Made by a program: the position numbers and the translations under genes. A stretch of DNA of 64,000 nucleotides from Succinivibrionaceae bacterium (GTDB lineage: Bacteria; Pseudomonadota; Gammaproteobacteria; Enterobacterales; Succinivibrionaceae): NCBI GenBank assembly GCA_017480795.1, contig JAFURY010000049.1, positions 2 to 64,001 of the forward strand, in the 5' to 3' direction. The notes below the pieces were generated by a model that was given only the letters and a program-made list of their open reading frames with translations, made no database searches and had not been told where the DNA came from. Below, piece by piece: positions 1 to 9,166 of this stretch. Every line of letters begins with the position of its first letter. The first letter of the stretch is position 1.

Positions 1-190
1 TCGTTACTCTTCGTCACCTCCTTCAGCAGGGTAGGAGGGGCGGATGCTACGGCTCAGTTTTCCGCTCCTGTCACGCTGCCGTCATGGGTGGGGACGTTGC
101 ATTTGACACCCATCCATGGGGTGTGAATAGTAACAATTTTCCGGTTTCTGTTTGCGGATCCGGCAATTCTGACGAGCGGCAGATCCGGCG

Positions 191-1372
191 CTACCGCGTT
201 TGTATCCTTTTGCTTCCGAAATCCTCCACAAGCCTCTCTCCCGCCGCGCATGCATCCCGCTCCTCGGTGGTTTCTCTGTTGAAGCCGCCGTAGTGCTCTC
301 GCGCTTTGGCGGTTCCGGCCTTGCGCGCCATCAAATACATTTTTTCGGTGTCCGCGCCGACGGTGTAGCCCAGATTTACGGCATCCACGATATCGGCATA
401 TTCAGCGGAAGACAAATTCTGCTTTGAGCCATAATTTCGAGGCCAGCACCAGCAGAGAAAGTCGATATCCCGGTATTCCTCCTGTCGCAGGCGACAGAAA
501 TATCTGTTTTTGAGGATCATGACAAGTTTCCTGATGTTTTCAGTCCACTGGTCGAAGCCTACGCGTCGTCTCAGATGCTCGGTGTATTCGGTGGTGAAAA
601 AGATCGCTTTTCTGGTTCCTGTTTTTTCTATTCTGTATCTCAAAAAGGTTTCGCCAATGCAGATGGTCTCGTCGTCATACTGCCGGCATCCGATCTTTCC
701 GTCAAGGACCGACTGCGCCAGACGGCAATCCATATCCGAAAAAACGTTGTACGAGGAGACGAATCTGGATCCGAAAGCCCATGACAGGTCGCTGTCATCA
801 ATGACGACATAGTTCTGCACCTGGCCGGCATGCTCTTCCAGCCAGTCAAGAATGATCACCTGCTTCTCCTTCTCGATGCCTCCAAGTCCGTACTGTCGGG
901 CTTTCCTTTCGTAAAAGGAATCGCGGTCCGGTTCGCGGAAGTGGCTGCGGCAGGCATCCAGCACGCAGTCGCCCATGCCGTGAAGTTCAAAAAACAGTCT
1001 CAGGCGCTCGACGCTGCTGCAGTCGATCCAGGACGAGTGCAGCACGATGCGCGCGCCGTTGCGTCTGCAGAGCCTGGCGACACTGTCAAGTGCGTCCTCG
1101 TCCCAGTCGTAGTACGCGGCCAGAATGTCGTAGTTTTCCCCCTCGTCCACAAGCTCCCGCGGGTATTTGTTCCGAAGCATTTCCATGGTGAGCTCCTTGG
1201 AGTGCTCAAACCTTAGCTGGCTGCCATAAGGCTGCAGCACGCCGTCGATATCAAGAAAGACGATGTTCTTTTTGCCGGCGTCAGGTCTGACGCGAGATTT
1301 CTCGCAATTCAGCCCGCCTGAGCGGCGCGGTTTTTCTTTCTCTTGAGCCGGCTGTTCAAAACCCTTATGCAT
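191..1372 (-). CDS. HAD-superfamily phosphatase-like protein with unrecognised ~180-aa C-terminal domain
   Basis: ORF 191..1519. I moved the start to the ATG at 1372, which is preceded by GGAGGA. The N-terminal half has HAD motifs in order: FLDIDGVL (DxDxV), VLHSSW, VVIDDSD. The C-terminal half is not recognisable. Confidence 0.6.
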   Translation of the reverse strand: MHKGFEQPAQEKEKPRRSGGLNCEKSRVRPDAGKKNIVFLDIDGVLQPYGSQLRFEHSKELTMEMLRNKYPRELVDEGENYDILAAYYDWDEDALDSVARLCRRNGARIVLHSSWIDCSSVERLRLFFELHGMGDCVLDACRSHFREPDRDSFYERKARQYGLGGIEKEKQVIILDWLEEHAGQVQNYVVIDDSDLSWAFGSRFVSSYNVFSDMDCRLAQSVLDGKIGCRQYDDETICIGETFLRYRIEKTGTRKAIFFTTEYTEHLRRRVGFDQWTENIRKLVMILKNRYFCRLRQEEYRDIDFLCWCWPRNYGSKQNLSSAEYADIVDAVNLGYTVGADTEKMYLMARKAGTAKAREHYGGFNRETTEERDACAAGERLVEDFGSKRIQTR

Positions 1373-1985
1373 CTGTTCCTCCAAACTCCAAAATGACACG
1401 CGACTCCGACGCGCAGGCATGATCTGACGCTCCCAAGCCGCCCCGCTCGCAACGACGCGCCAATCCCGCGCAGAAACGCGACAGGCTGACCGCCAAAACG
1501 GCATACGACTCCGTCTCAAATCGCGCGCGTATCTGTTAAATATAATCCAACAGCAACCCGTTCCAGGTTAGAGAGACGTTATATCAATCAGGCGGTTTCG
1601 TTTATTTCCGCATCAGACTCGTATCCGAACCGGAAACAGAAGCGCGTTTGACTCATTATCATATCCGTTCCATCCTTTTGCAACATCTTTTTAAAAACCG
1701 TGACCATCAAGTTCAAAAACCATTCAGCACCCTTCATCGAGGATAAACATTTCAGTTTTTACAACCTGTCTGTTACCATAAATGTCATACCGTGTATCGG
1801 AATACCCAATTTACGGATATCGCGTTTCAACATCTGAATGTGCAGAAACATACACATTCAGACGCGCGGCCAGGCAACCTTGCGACAGCATGCGACTTGC
1901 CCGCGGAATTGCGGTAAAATGACGATACAACCGCATTGGCCTGATCCGGCATCACGCGCAACAAAAACGCACTGCCCTCAGGTCC

Positions 1986-4900
1986 ATGTCGTACCAGCCA
2001 GGAATCCTCATCCCCATGAACAGCCCTCAAGCTTCCATCAGCAACGATCCTGCAGCCCGCAAAACGGCGGAAAGCGCTTACATCGCCTCCCTGCTGGAGC
2101 GACTCTCAATACTCACCGAAGAAAACCTTGCTCTCAGGCGGCAGCTGCTGGATCTTGGAGCGACGCCGGCGGCGCCTCCTGTCCGGGCGCCAGGCGCGCC
2201 CCGCGCCATGCCTCCAGGATATGAGGGATATTTCCCGACAGCGATCGACTCTCCTCCGCCAGAGCCCGACTCTCCTCCGCCAGGGCTCTTCTTTACTCAG
2301 CCTCGGCTCGACTCTCCTCCGCCGTCACCGCCACCGCCGGATGAACCGCCTCCGTTTTTGCGGCGCTATAACTACGATGCGCGATCCGAAGAAACCCCCT
2401 TCGCTCCCCAACCTGCAGCCGCGCCTGTTGGGCCGGCCGCATGGCCTCGGCAAACGCCGGCCGCGCCGCCGCGGGATCCGGTCGTCCTTCGGCAGTCTCC
2501 GCCTTCCTGCCCCGGCGCCACTATCGACAGAGCAGGCGCCTTGCGACAGTTTCAGGGAGGTTTTCAGTCCGCGCCTGGTTCATTCGCCCGGCAGTCCGGG
2601 CCTGCCCGCCCCGGGACTTCTCCTGCTCCAGGCGGTTCTCAGATCACGCCGCGGCCTCAGATCCCCTGGCCGCAACAGGTTGCGCCTCAGCCTGCGGCCG
2701 CCTCTCCGCATGGCCTGACGGGCTCCGCCGGCTTCGCTCCTCACGCGCCAGCCTTCAGCAATCAAGCGCCATCCTGCACTCCTCCGGCCTCATCTTTTCC
2801 TCCTCATGCGCCAGCCTTCGCGCCATCCGCCTGCCAGCCTGCGCCGACGCCCCAGCAGCTGCAGCTGTTCAAATCGTATTTCAGCGGTCGTCAGGACGTG
2901 TTCGCCAAACGCGGAAAGACCAGATCCGGCGGCAGAGCCGGCTACTTTCCGCAGTGCAAAAACTTCTATCAGGAAGGCTGCCGCCGCAGGGAAGACTCCC
3001 GCTTTCCCTGCAGCGAATGCCCCCTGCACCAGTACCGTCCGCTGGAGGACATGTTTCTCGTCAGGCACCTGATGGGAGCAAGTCCGGATTTCACGGACGT
3101 CATCGGCATCTATCCCATGCTGCCCGACAGCACCTGCCGCTTTCTGGTGTTCGACTTCGACAATCACGAAGCCGCCTCCGGACAGGAGGCGAAAGCAAGA
3201 AAGCTCCCCGCCGCCATCAGAAGCAGGAAGGCAGCGAAAGACGCGTCCCCACCTGCCGCAGCGCAGAGCGTCCCAGACGCCAAGCCCCAGCTCCGGTCTC
3301 AGAGCAGGACGCCGCCCGATGCGGATCAGCTGCTCAGGCAGGAGGTGTCAGCCTTTCTTGCCATCTGCGACGGCGCCGGCATTCCGGTCCTTGTCGAGCG
3401 ATCCCGCTCCGGCCGGGGCTACCATGTCTGGATGTTCTTCACCGAACCCGTTCCCGCAAAACTGGCGCGACAGCTGGGACAGTCCCTCCTTTCAAGAGCC
3501 GCCGCGGAGATCTCTCTGTCAGGCTTCGCCTACTACGACCGCATGATCCCCGAGCAGGACAGCCTGCCCGCCAGAGCCAGAAAGGAAAGCATCGGCAACC
3601 TGGTGGCCCTGCCTCTGCAGGGAGCGAAAATCCCGGAGGGCAACAGCGTCTTCATCGACCGCACCTGGCATCCATATCCGGATCAGTGGCAGGCTCTTGC
3701 CTCCACCGCAAAGCTCACCCCGGGTCAGCTCTCGGCCTTCGTCGGTCTTTTTGGCCAGGCTCCCGAGCTGGGCTGCGACTTCCTGGCGCAAGAAGGGGAG
3801 CCGGCCGCAGGCCAGAGCGCGCTGCGGTTTTCTCATGAAACCGGCACCACCGCAGAAAACGGCGGCGCCGGATCCTCCCTGACGCCAGGCTCGGATCGGA
3901 CCGGATCCTCGGAAGTCCCGTCCCCGCACGCGGGAACGCGGTGCGCGCAAGGCTCCCGCCAGGAGGCCGGCCAGAGCGCAATGGGACTCAAGCCATGGCA
4001 GAAATCCCTGAAGATAGAAGCCTCGGATCTGCTGGCGCCAAAGCTGGAGATCACTCTTGCCGACGGGATCTACCTGCCGCTTGATGCCATGAAACCCCGG
4101 CTTCAGAACCGTCTCAGACGCCTTGCAGCCTACCAGAACCCCCAGTTCTACCAGAAATACAACGCAGGCTTCTCCACCAAAGGCATCCCCCGTATCGTAT
4201 ATCTGGGCTACGATCAGGACGGGTATCTGTGTCTGCCCCGGGGACTGTTGGAGCCGCTGATCCGCATTCTGCAGGATGCCGGCATCCCCTTTGCGGCGGA
4301 GGACTGCCGCGACGGGGGCAACCCGCTGGAGGTGTCCTTTTCAGGCCAGCTGCGTCCCCGGCAGCAGGAGGCGGCGGATGCCCTGCTTCGTCACGACTGC
4401 GGCATTCTTGAGGCAGCCACCGCCTTCGGCAAAACCGCGGTAGGCGCCTGGCTGATAGCAAGGCTTAAAACCTCCGCCCTGATCATCACCCACACCCGGG
4501 CGATACAGGATCAGTGGATGGAGAGTCTACGAAGATTTCTCAGCTTCGGCGGCGCGCAAGCATCCCAACCGGAGACAGCCCCCGCCGAAAGCCCAGGCGT
4601 CGCGCCTCCGGCGAACCTTGCGACACCTGAAGCCGATGCCGCATGCGATACCGAGAAAAAGCCCGGCAGGAAGGCCGCAACTGTCGCCAAAGGCCGCAGG
4701 GACGAGGATCCGAACAAGAGCATGATAGGCAGCCTCAGCGGCGCCGGACGCCGTCTGACCGGCATGGTGGACGTGGTCATGGCCCAGTCCCTGAATTCGG
4801 CGCTGGAGGAGATCCTCTCAAACGGCTACGGCCTGGTCATCGTGGACGAATGCCACCATGCCACCGCCGGAGCCATCGACGGTTTTCTGGACGTCTCCTC

Positions 4901-6287
4901 CGCCCTGCATATCTACGGACTCTCCGCCACCGCCAGGCGCAGAGATCGGCAGGAGATGCGTTTCTTCATGAGCATCGGACCGGTGCTGCACCGCTTTGGC
5001 GCTCTGGAGCAGATCAGAGGGCAGAACATTCCCCACTACGTGGTTCCCCGCTTCTGCGCCGCCTCGGCCCCGGCCGACTTCAATCCACAGAACATGTACC
5101 AGAGCCTTGCCGCCATAGAAGCGCGCAACGCCATGATCATTGCGGACGTGGAGGAATGTCTGAAGCGCCAGCGCACTCCCCTGGTTCTCACCAGGCGCCG
5201 GGAGCACGCCAAATGCCTTGCCAAAAGCCTTGAGGGCGACGATCGCAAGGTGCTGCTGATCCTCGGCGGAGCAACGGAAAAGCAGAGAAGGGAAACACGG
5301 GAAATTCTTGAAAGCGTCGCGAATACGGAAAGCGATGGCGGGAAACTCGCGCTGGTGGCTGTAGACAGCTGCATCGGGGAGGGATTCAACTTTCCGCGGC
5401 TTGACACTCTGTTTCTGACCATGCCGGTCAGCTGGTCCGGAGCCATCATCCAGTACGCGGGACGTCTGCACCGGGAGTACGAAGGCAAGCGGAACGTGAT
5501 CATCTACGATTACGTGGACATTCAGATCCCGCATCTGGAAAGAAGCTACCACCGGCGGATAAAAACCTACCGGCAGATGGGATACCGCGTCGGCGCGGGG
5601 CCCGAGACGGCGCCGACGGACATCCGAAACATCTTCGACATCGGTAGCTGCCGCAGGGCGCTGGTGCAGGATCTTGAAGAGGCGAAGGAGACGGTCCTCG
5701 TCTTCGCGCCGACGCTGGAGGATTCCGCCCGAACGCCCCATGCCGACCCGCCTCCGGCTTCCCATCCGAACGAAAAGACGCCGGAGGCGCCCGGGATCCG
5801 CGAATCCGAATGCGCAGACGGAGACTCCGCTCCGGACATGGGAAGGAATTTGCTCGCGCGCGCGGCAAAAGAGCCGGCCGCGGATGCGTCCCTGCCTGGC
5901 AAAGAACGTCCGGTCTCCAGGGATGACGAAAGCGGAAACATTCCTCCGGATCTGCTTGCGACGCTGGAAGCGATCCAAAGCCGGGGCGTGAAGGTGACCT
6001 TCATAACCTCCGAGGCTCAGAAGCGGTTGCCTGAACGCCTGCTGAAGTCGCAGGCGGCGCACAAAAGGATCAGGGGCATGCACGAAAACCTTGTCATCAT
6101 AGATCGGAGGATCCTGTGGTACGCCGGCGCGGGGTTTCTGTCAGACGGGCCGCGGGATGAAACCGCCATCAGGCTTCCCGATCCGAAATCGGCCCGGGAG
6201 ATGGAGCAGCTGCTGATGACACGCGCCTACCGGCTGCCCGCAGTTCCAGCGACAGGATCCGATATGCGTAATTTTGAACTGTTCTGA
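1986..6287 (+). CDS. Archaeo-eukaryotic primase-polymerase (AEP) / SF2 DExH helicase / PLD-like fusion protein with Pro-rich N-terminus
   Basis: 1433-aa ORF. AEP motifs: GYFPQC..C..CSEC cluster, FLVFDFDNHE (nt ~3141-3170), SRSGRGYHVWMFF (nt ~3409-3441). Helicase motifs: ATAFGKT (nt ~4414), VIVDECHH (nt ~4837), SATARR, QYAGRLHR. C-terminal MHENLVIIDRRILWYAGAGF is PLD-like. The start is uncertain: 1986 or the ATG at 2016. Confidence 0.8.
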   Translation: MSYQPGILIPMNSPQASISNDPAARKTAESAYIASLLERLSILTEENLALRRQLLDLGATPAAPPVRAPGAPRAMPPGYEGYFPTAIDSPPPEPDSPPPGLFFTQPRLDSPPPSPPPPDEPPPFLRRYNYDARSEETPFAPQPAAAPVGPAAWPRQTPAAPPRDPVVLRQSPPSCPGATIDRAGALRQFQGGFQSAPGSFARQSGPARPGTSPAPGGSQITPRPQIPWPQQVAPQPAAASPHGLTGSAGFAPHAPAFSNQAPSCTPPASSFPPHAPAFAPSACQPAPTPQQLQLFKSYFSGRQDVFAKRGKTRSGGRAGYFPQCKNFYQEGCRRREDSRFPCSECPLHQYRPLEDMFLVRHLMGASPDFTDVIGIYPMLPDSTCRFLVFDFDNHEAASGQEAKARKLPAAIRSRKAAKDASPPAAAQSVPDAKPQLRSQSRTPPDADQLLRQEVSAFLAICDGAGIPVLVERSRSGRGYHVWMFFTEPVPAKLARQLGQSLLSRAAAEISLSGFAYYDRMIPEQDSLPARARKESIGNLVALPLQGAKIPEGNSVFIDRTWHPYPDQWQALASTAKLTPGQLSAFVGLFGQAPELGCDFLAQEGEPAAGQSALRFSHETGTTAENGGAGSSLTPGSDRTGSSEVPSPHAGTRCAQGSRQEAGQSAMGLKPWQKSLKIEASDLLAPKLEITLADGIYLPLDAMKPRLQNRLRRLAAYQNPQFYQKYNAGFSTKGIPRIVYLGYDQDGYLCLPRGLLEPLIRILQDAGIPFAAEDCRDGGNPLEVSFSGQLRPRQQEAADALLRHDCGILEAATAFGKTAVGAWLIARLKTSALIITHTRAIQDQWMESLRRFLSFGGAQASQPETAPAESPGVAPPANLATPEADAACDTEKKPGRKAATVAKGRRDEDPNKSMIGSLSGAGRRLTGMVDVVMAQSLNSALEEILSNGYGLVIVDECHHATAGAIDGFLDVSSALHIYGLSATARRRDRQEMRFFMSIGPVLHRFGALEQIRGQNIPHYVVPRFCAASAPADFNPQNMYQSLAAIEARNAMIIADVEECLKRQRTPLVLTRRREHAKCLAKSLEGDDRKVLLILGGATEKQRRETREILESVANTESDGGKLALVAVDSCIGEGFNFPRLDTLFLTMPVSWSGAIIQYAGRLHREYEGKRNVIIYDYVDIQIPHLERSYHRRIKTYRQMGYRVGAGPETAPTDIRNIFDIGSCRRALVQDLEEAKETVLVFAPTLEDSARTPHADPPPASHPNEKTPEAPGIRESECADGDSAPDMGRNLLARAAKEPAADASLPGKERPVSRDDESGNIPPDLLATLEAIQSRGVKVTFITSEAQKRLPERLLKSQAAHKRIRGMHENLVIIDRRILWYAGAGFLSDGPRDETAIRLPDPKSAREMEQLLMTRAYRLPAVPATGSDMRNFELF

Positions 6288-6414
6288 CATGTTCGACTGC
6301 GCTTTCCGGGTATGTTTTCCTGCGTGAACCTTGTAAATCTGTTTTTTTATTGTAGAATTTACTTAGTAATATTACTTTGTTTACATCGTATTCAATCAAC
6401 AATGGAGCGTGTTT

Positions 6415-6678
6415 ATGAAATCCGATTTGGTTACTTGCTCATTTGTCATGGACAGAGACGTCTACAACACTTTCAAAAGCATTGTCTGCAAGCATGGCCA
6501 GAATGTGAAAGGAAACATTGTGAACTACATGAAAAGTGTTATTCAGTACGAAATCCCCAATGCGGACACTATTATGGCCATTCATGAGGTAGAAACTCTA
6601 AAAAAAGACGCAAACAAAAAAGTTTATAGTTCATTCAACGAACTTCTGGAAGATATGGAAACCGACGACGATGAATAA
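6415..6678 (+). CDS. dinJ: RelB/DinJ-family antitoxin
   Basis: Small ORF directly upstream of, and overlapping by 8 nt, a clear YafQ toxin gene. GGAG lies 7 nt before the ATG at 6415; the track start at 6409 is GTG. The tail is acidic (ETDDDE). Family call rests on context and size. Confidence 0.65.
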   Translation: MKSDLVTCSFVMDRDVYNTFKSIVCKHGQNVKGNIVNYMKSVIQYEIPNADTIMAIHEVETLKKDANKKVYSSFNELLEDMETDDDE

Positions 6679-6958
6679 CAAGCCAAAATACGGTATCATT
6701 GCGACCTCATTGTTCAAAAAGGATATTAAGTTGGCTAAAAAACGAGGGTATGACATATCTTTACTAACCTGTGTCGTTGATACTCTTGCCTATGGGCTTC
6801 CATTAAGCGAGAAGTACAAAGATCACAAATTAGTGGGTAACTATAAAGGATGTCGTGAGTGCCACATTACACCAGATTGGCTTCTAATCTATGAAATATC
6901 AAAAAACGACCTTATCCTATATCTTACGAGAACAGGCACGCACAGCGATCTTTTCTAA
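6671..6958 (+). CDS. yafQ: YafQ-family type II toxin (mRNA interferase)
   Basis: 95 aa with the family signature DHKLVGNYKGCRECHITPDWLLIY...LTRTGTHSDLF. Overlaps the upstream antitoxin gene. Confidence 0.85.
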   Translation: MNNKPKYGIIATSLFKKDIKLAKKRGYDISLLTCVVDTLAYGLPLSEKYKDHKLVGNYKGCRECHITPDWLLIYEISKNDLILYLTRTGTHSDLF

Positions 6959-7499
6959 ACTCATCTACCGTTTTTCACACTTGCGTCCATTGTGCACAGC
7001 AGTTCCCATTGCTTCATCTCTATGAAGCACGAAGTCTTTTCGGACTTTTGGTAATAGTTGGAGACAAAACAAAATCCGTTTTTGACTGACATGCATGCAG
7101 ACGGAATTCTTTGGATTTGTTGGCCTGTTGGTGTTGGCCGGATGCTGAAGATGCCGCTCTGTTGGGCGGGCATTCTCAGGAGTGGCTTTGTCGGTTTTAC
7201 GCTTGAACAAGATGCCTGAGCGCCTAGTTTCCGCGGCTGTCATCCGGCGTTCGGCCATCGTAAGTCTTGCCAACGGGGTGGGGATGATCTTCGGGTTCTT
7301 TTTGTTCCGACAGTCTACTTGTTGCTGATTTGATCCGTAGCGACAGGATCTTATTGCCACACTTTCACAATTCAAAAGGCAGCATACTCGCGCCTTTGCG
7401 CCTGGCTTCCTATCAGAGAAAGCTTAACTCGCCCCATCATGGCGCCAGTCAGATGAGCGAATATGCGTCTTGCGGTCAGAATAAGACTTTACGCAAGCG

Positions 7500-7928
7500 C
7501 TATTTCCGTCGCCTTTGCCTTCCGATTTCCATCAGATCATCGATTGCGATATCAGGATCGAAGGTGTGAAACGCCATATAGTTGCGCCTCATGGCGCTTG
7601 CCGGCGCCCATCGGTATATCTGCCTGCTTTTCTCAGAACGGGAGCATGCCCAGTACCGGTAAATATACCCAGTCCAGTACAGAACCTCCGGGCTATATAT
7701 TTCTCCCGTCGCCTGCAGCGCGATTTCATCCTGCAGTTCCTCCATAAGATACTCTTCGCCCATCCACTGAAGTTTGTTGTAGGGAGAGTCCAAATGCTCC
7801 GCAACCTCCGAATTCATGAAACCCCGGATAAAACTTTCGCTGGCGAATGCGGTGGATCGCTCAAATAATCGGCCTTGGATATCGCAAAACTTTAACTGTA
7901 AGCAGTCCATTTTACACATCTCCATCAT
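7500..7928 (-). CDS. DUF3791-like protein (C-terminal half), partner of the DUF3990 gene
   Basis: Its ATG (7926-7928) directly abuts the TAG (7929-7931) of the upstream gene. The C-terminal segment YWTGYIYRYW...YMAFHTFDPDIAIDDLMEI matches my memory of the DUF3791 pattern (..Y.aLHT.g..yivdDl..yi). The N-terminal ~65 aa are unassigned. Confidence 0.5.
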   Translation of the reverse strand: MMEMCKMDCLQLKFCDIQGRLFERSTAFASESFIRGFMNSEVAEHLDSPYNKLQWMGEEYLMEELQDEIALQATGEIYSPEVLYWTGYIYRYWACSRSEKSRQIYRWAPASAMRRNYMAFHTFDPDIAIDDLMEIGRQRRRK

Positions 7929-8789
7929 CTAGCCATTATTCAGAATCTCGTCAAAAAAGAGGCCTTCTCGCCGCCACTGTCTGCAAATTTCGTTAGCCAG
8001 GTTTACGCCTCTGACGCGCCTGGCCCCGCTTGCATCACGAAGAAACAGTCTTTCAAGACAGGATAATTCTATCTCGGCCTCTATCGCAGCATGACTGCAG
8101 GCCTTCTCGGTTTTCGCCACATACTGCTGTCCAAGTTCAAGAGCGGACAGACTCATTACAAGAGCCTTGTCGGTAATATTGCCCAAAAAGAAATTGTCCA
8201 GCACATAGAACATCCGATCATCTGCTATGCACCCGACAACCACGTCATACCCGTCGGCCAAAGTGGAGAAACGCTGGTAAAGTTTGGTGCCTTTTGCAGG
8301 ATCCAATTTACCTCTGTAATAGGCCACCAGCATTGCCCATTGGATATCAGGCGCAATTTGCATAACCCGAAGTCCCGTCAGATCCAGACGGATGACATAG
8401 AACTTGGATTGTTCAAAATCACTGATCAGAGTTAACGGCTGAGAGGGATCTGTTCCCATGTAAAAGCCTTTGCCAAAATCGCAGCGGCTGCGACTTGCGG
8501 GAGCAATCGGTCCTTTTATCCCTGATTTGGAGCCATGATATAAAACCATGCTGTCAGCCACAGGCTTTAAAGAGGACACTACGCTGTCGACCTTTGCAAG
8601 AACAAGATCTTCCAGATTTACTCCCTTGTTCCGGCAAATGTCGTAGAGCAGCATCTGGCAGGCTTTACCTGGACGGGAATGCCCGCGTTCCCACTTGTTT
8701 ACTGTTGCGACTGAGGTTCCGATCATCAGCGCAAGTTGCGTTTGGCTAATATCCAAGCGGTTTCTGATTTCATAAATATATCTTTGCAT
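7929..8789 (-). CDS. XRE-family HTH fused to a DUF3990 domain
   Basis: N-terminus ISQTQLALMIGTSVATVNKWERG is a Cro/C1-type HTH. It is followed by DUF3990 hallmarks: LYHGS, DFGKGFYMG, YDVVVGCIADDRMF, LGQQY. Start taken at ATG 8789 (MQRYIY); the ORF is open to 8900. Confidence 0.7.
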   Translation of the reverse strand: MQRYIYEIRNRLDISQTQLALMIGTSVATVNKWERGHSRPGKACQMLLYDICRNKGVNLEDLVLAKVDSVVSSLKPVADSMVLYHGSKSGIKGPIAPASRSRCDFGKGFYMGTDPSQPLTLISDFEQSKFYVIRLDLTGLRVMQIAPDIQWAMLVAYYRGKLDPAKGTKLYQRFSTLADGYDVVVGCIADDRMFYVLDNFFLGNITDKALVMSLSALELGQQYVAKTEKACSHAAIEAEIELSCLERLFLRDASGARRVRGVNLANEICRQWRREGLFFDEILNNG

Positions 8790-9058
8790 GGGAAGCCTGG
8801 GACATGAGAATTCTTGCTCAGAAATTATAGCGTCAGTTGTACCGCAGGTCGACGAAATGAACTGAACATTTTCGCCCAGACGCGAGGCGTCAACTTGCAA
8901 GCAAGCTCATAAAAGCATCGCAAGCACCTGATGGATAGGAAAACACCATTGACGGTAAAAGCCGAACGAGACCCTAGGCTGAAAAACGTCATCGCGTCGC
9001 GCAAACTATGGCTAAATGAGGAACGGAATAAAAAAAACAGAGAGAGACAGAGTCGAAA

Positions 9059-9146
9059 TGGCGGATAGGCTGAGATTCGAACTCAGGAAGGATTGCTCCT
9101 CGCCGGTTTTCAAGACCGGTGCATTCAACCGCTCTGCCACCTATCC
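9059..9146 (-). tRNA. serT: tRNA-Ser (anticodon UGA), copy 1
   Basis: The reverse complement reads GGATAGGTGGCAGAGCGGTTGAATGCACCGGTCTTGAAAACCGGCGAGGAGCAATCCTTCCTGAGTTCGAATCTCAGCCTATCCGCCA. It has a 7-bp acceptor stem, anticodon loop CTTGAAA (UGA), a long variable arm, a T-loop GTTCGAATC and an encoded CCA. It closely resembles E. coli serT as I remember it. Confidence 0.92.
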
Positions 9147-9166
9147 GCATGGAAAGTTCATGAAGA

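Noticed and set aside
2128-3838. Alternative-frame ORFs (2128..2718, 2441..3838) inside the AEP-helicase gene.
   Set aside because: Arg/Ser/Ala/Pro-rich translations with no motifs, while the main frame carries ordered AEP motifs. They are most likely frame artefacts of GC-rich, low-complexity DNA. They do underline that the translated status of the Pro-rich N-terminus needs experimental support.
6959-7499. ORFs 6965..7375 (-) and 6961..7173 (-), examined as possible integrase or relaxase remnants that would delimit a tRNA-linked island.
   Set aside because: I translated the three minus-strand frames over ~6961-7380 by hand and skimmed plus-strand frames. I found no recombinase, transposase or other recognisable motif and no good start context. 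Left unannotated; a tblastx search could still find a degraded gene.
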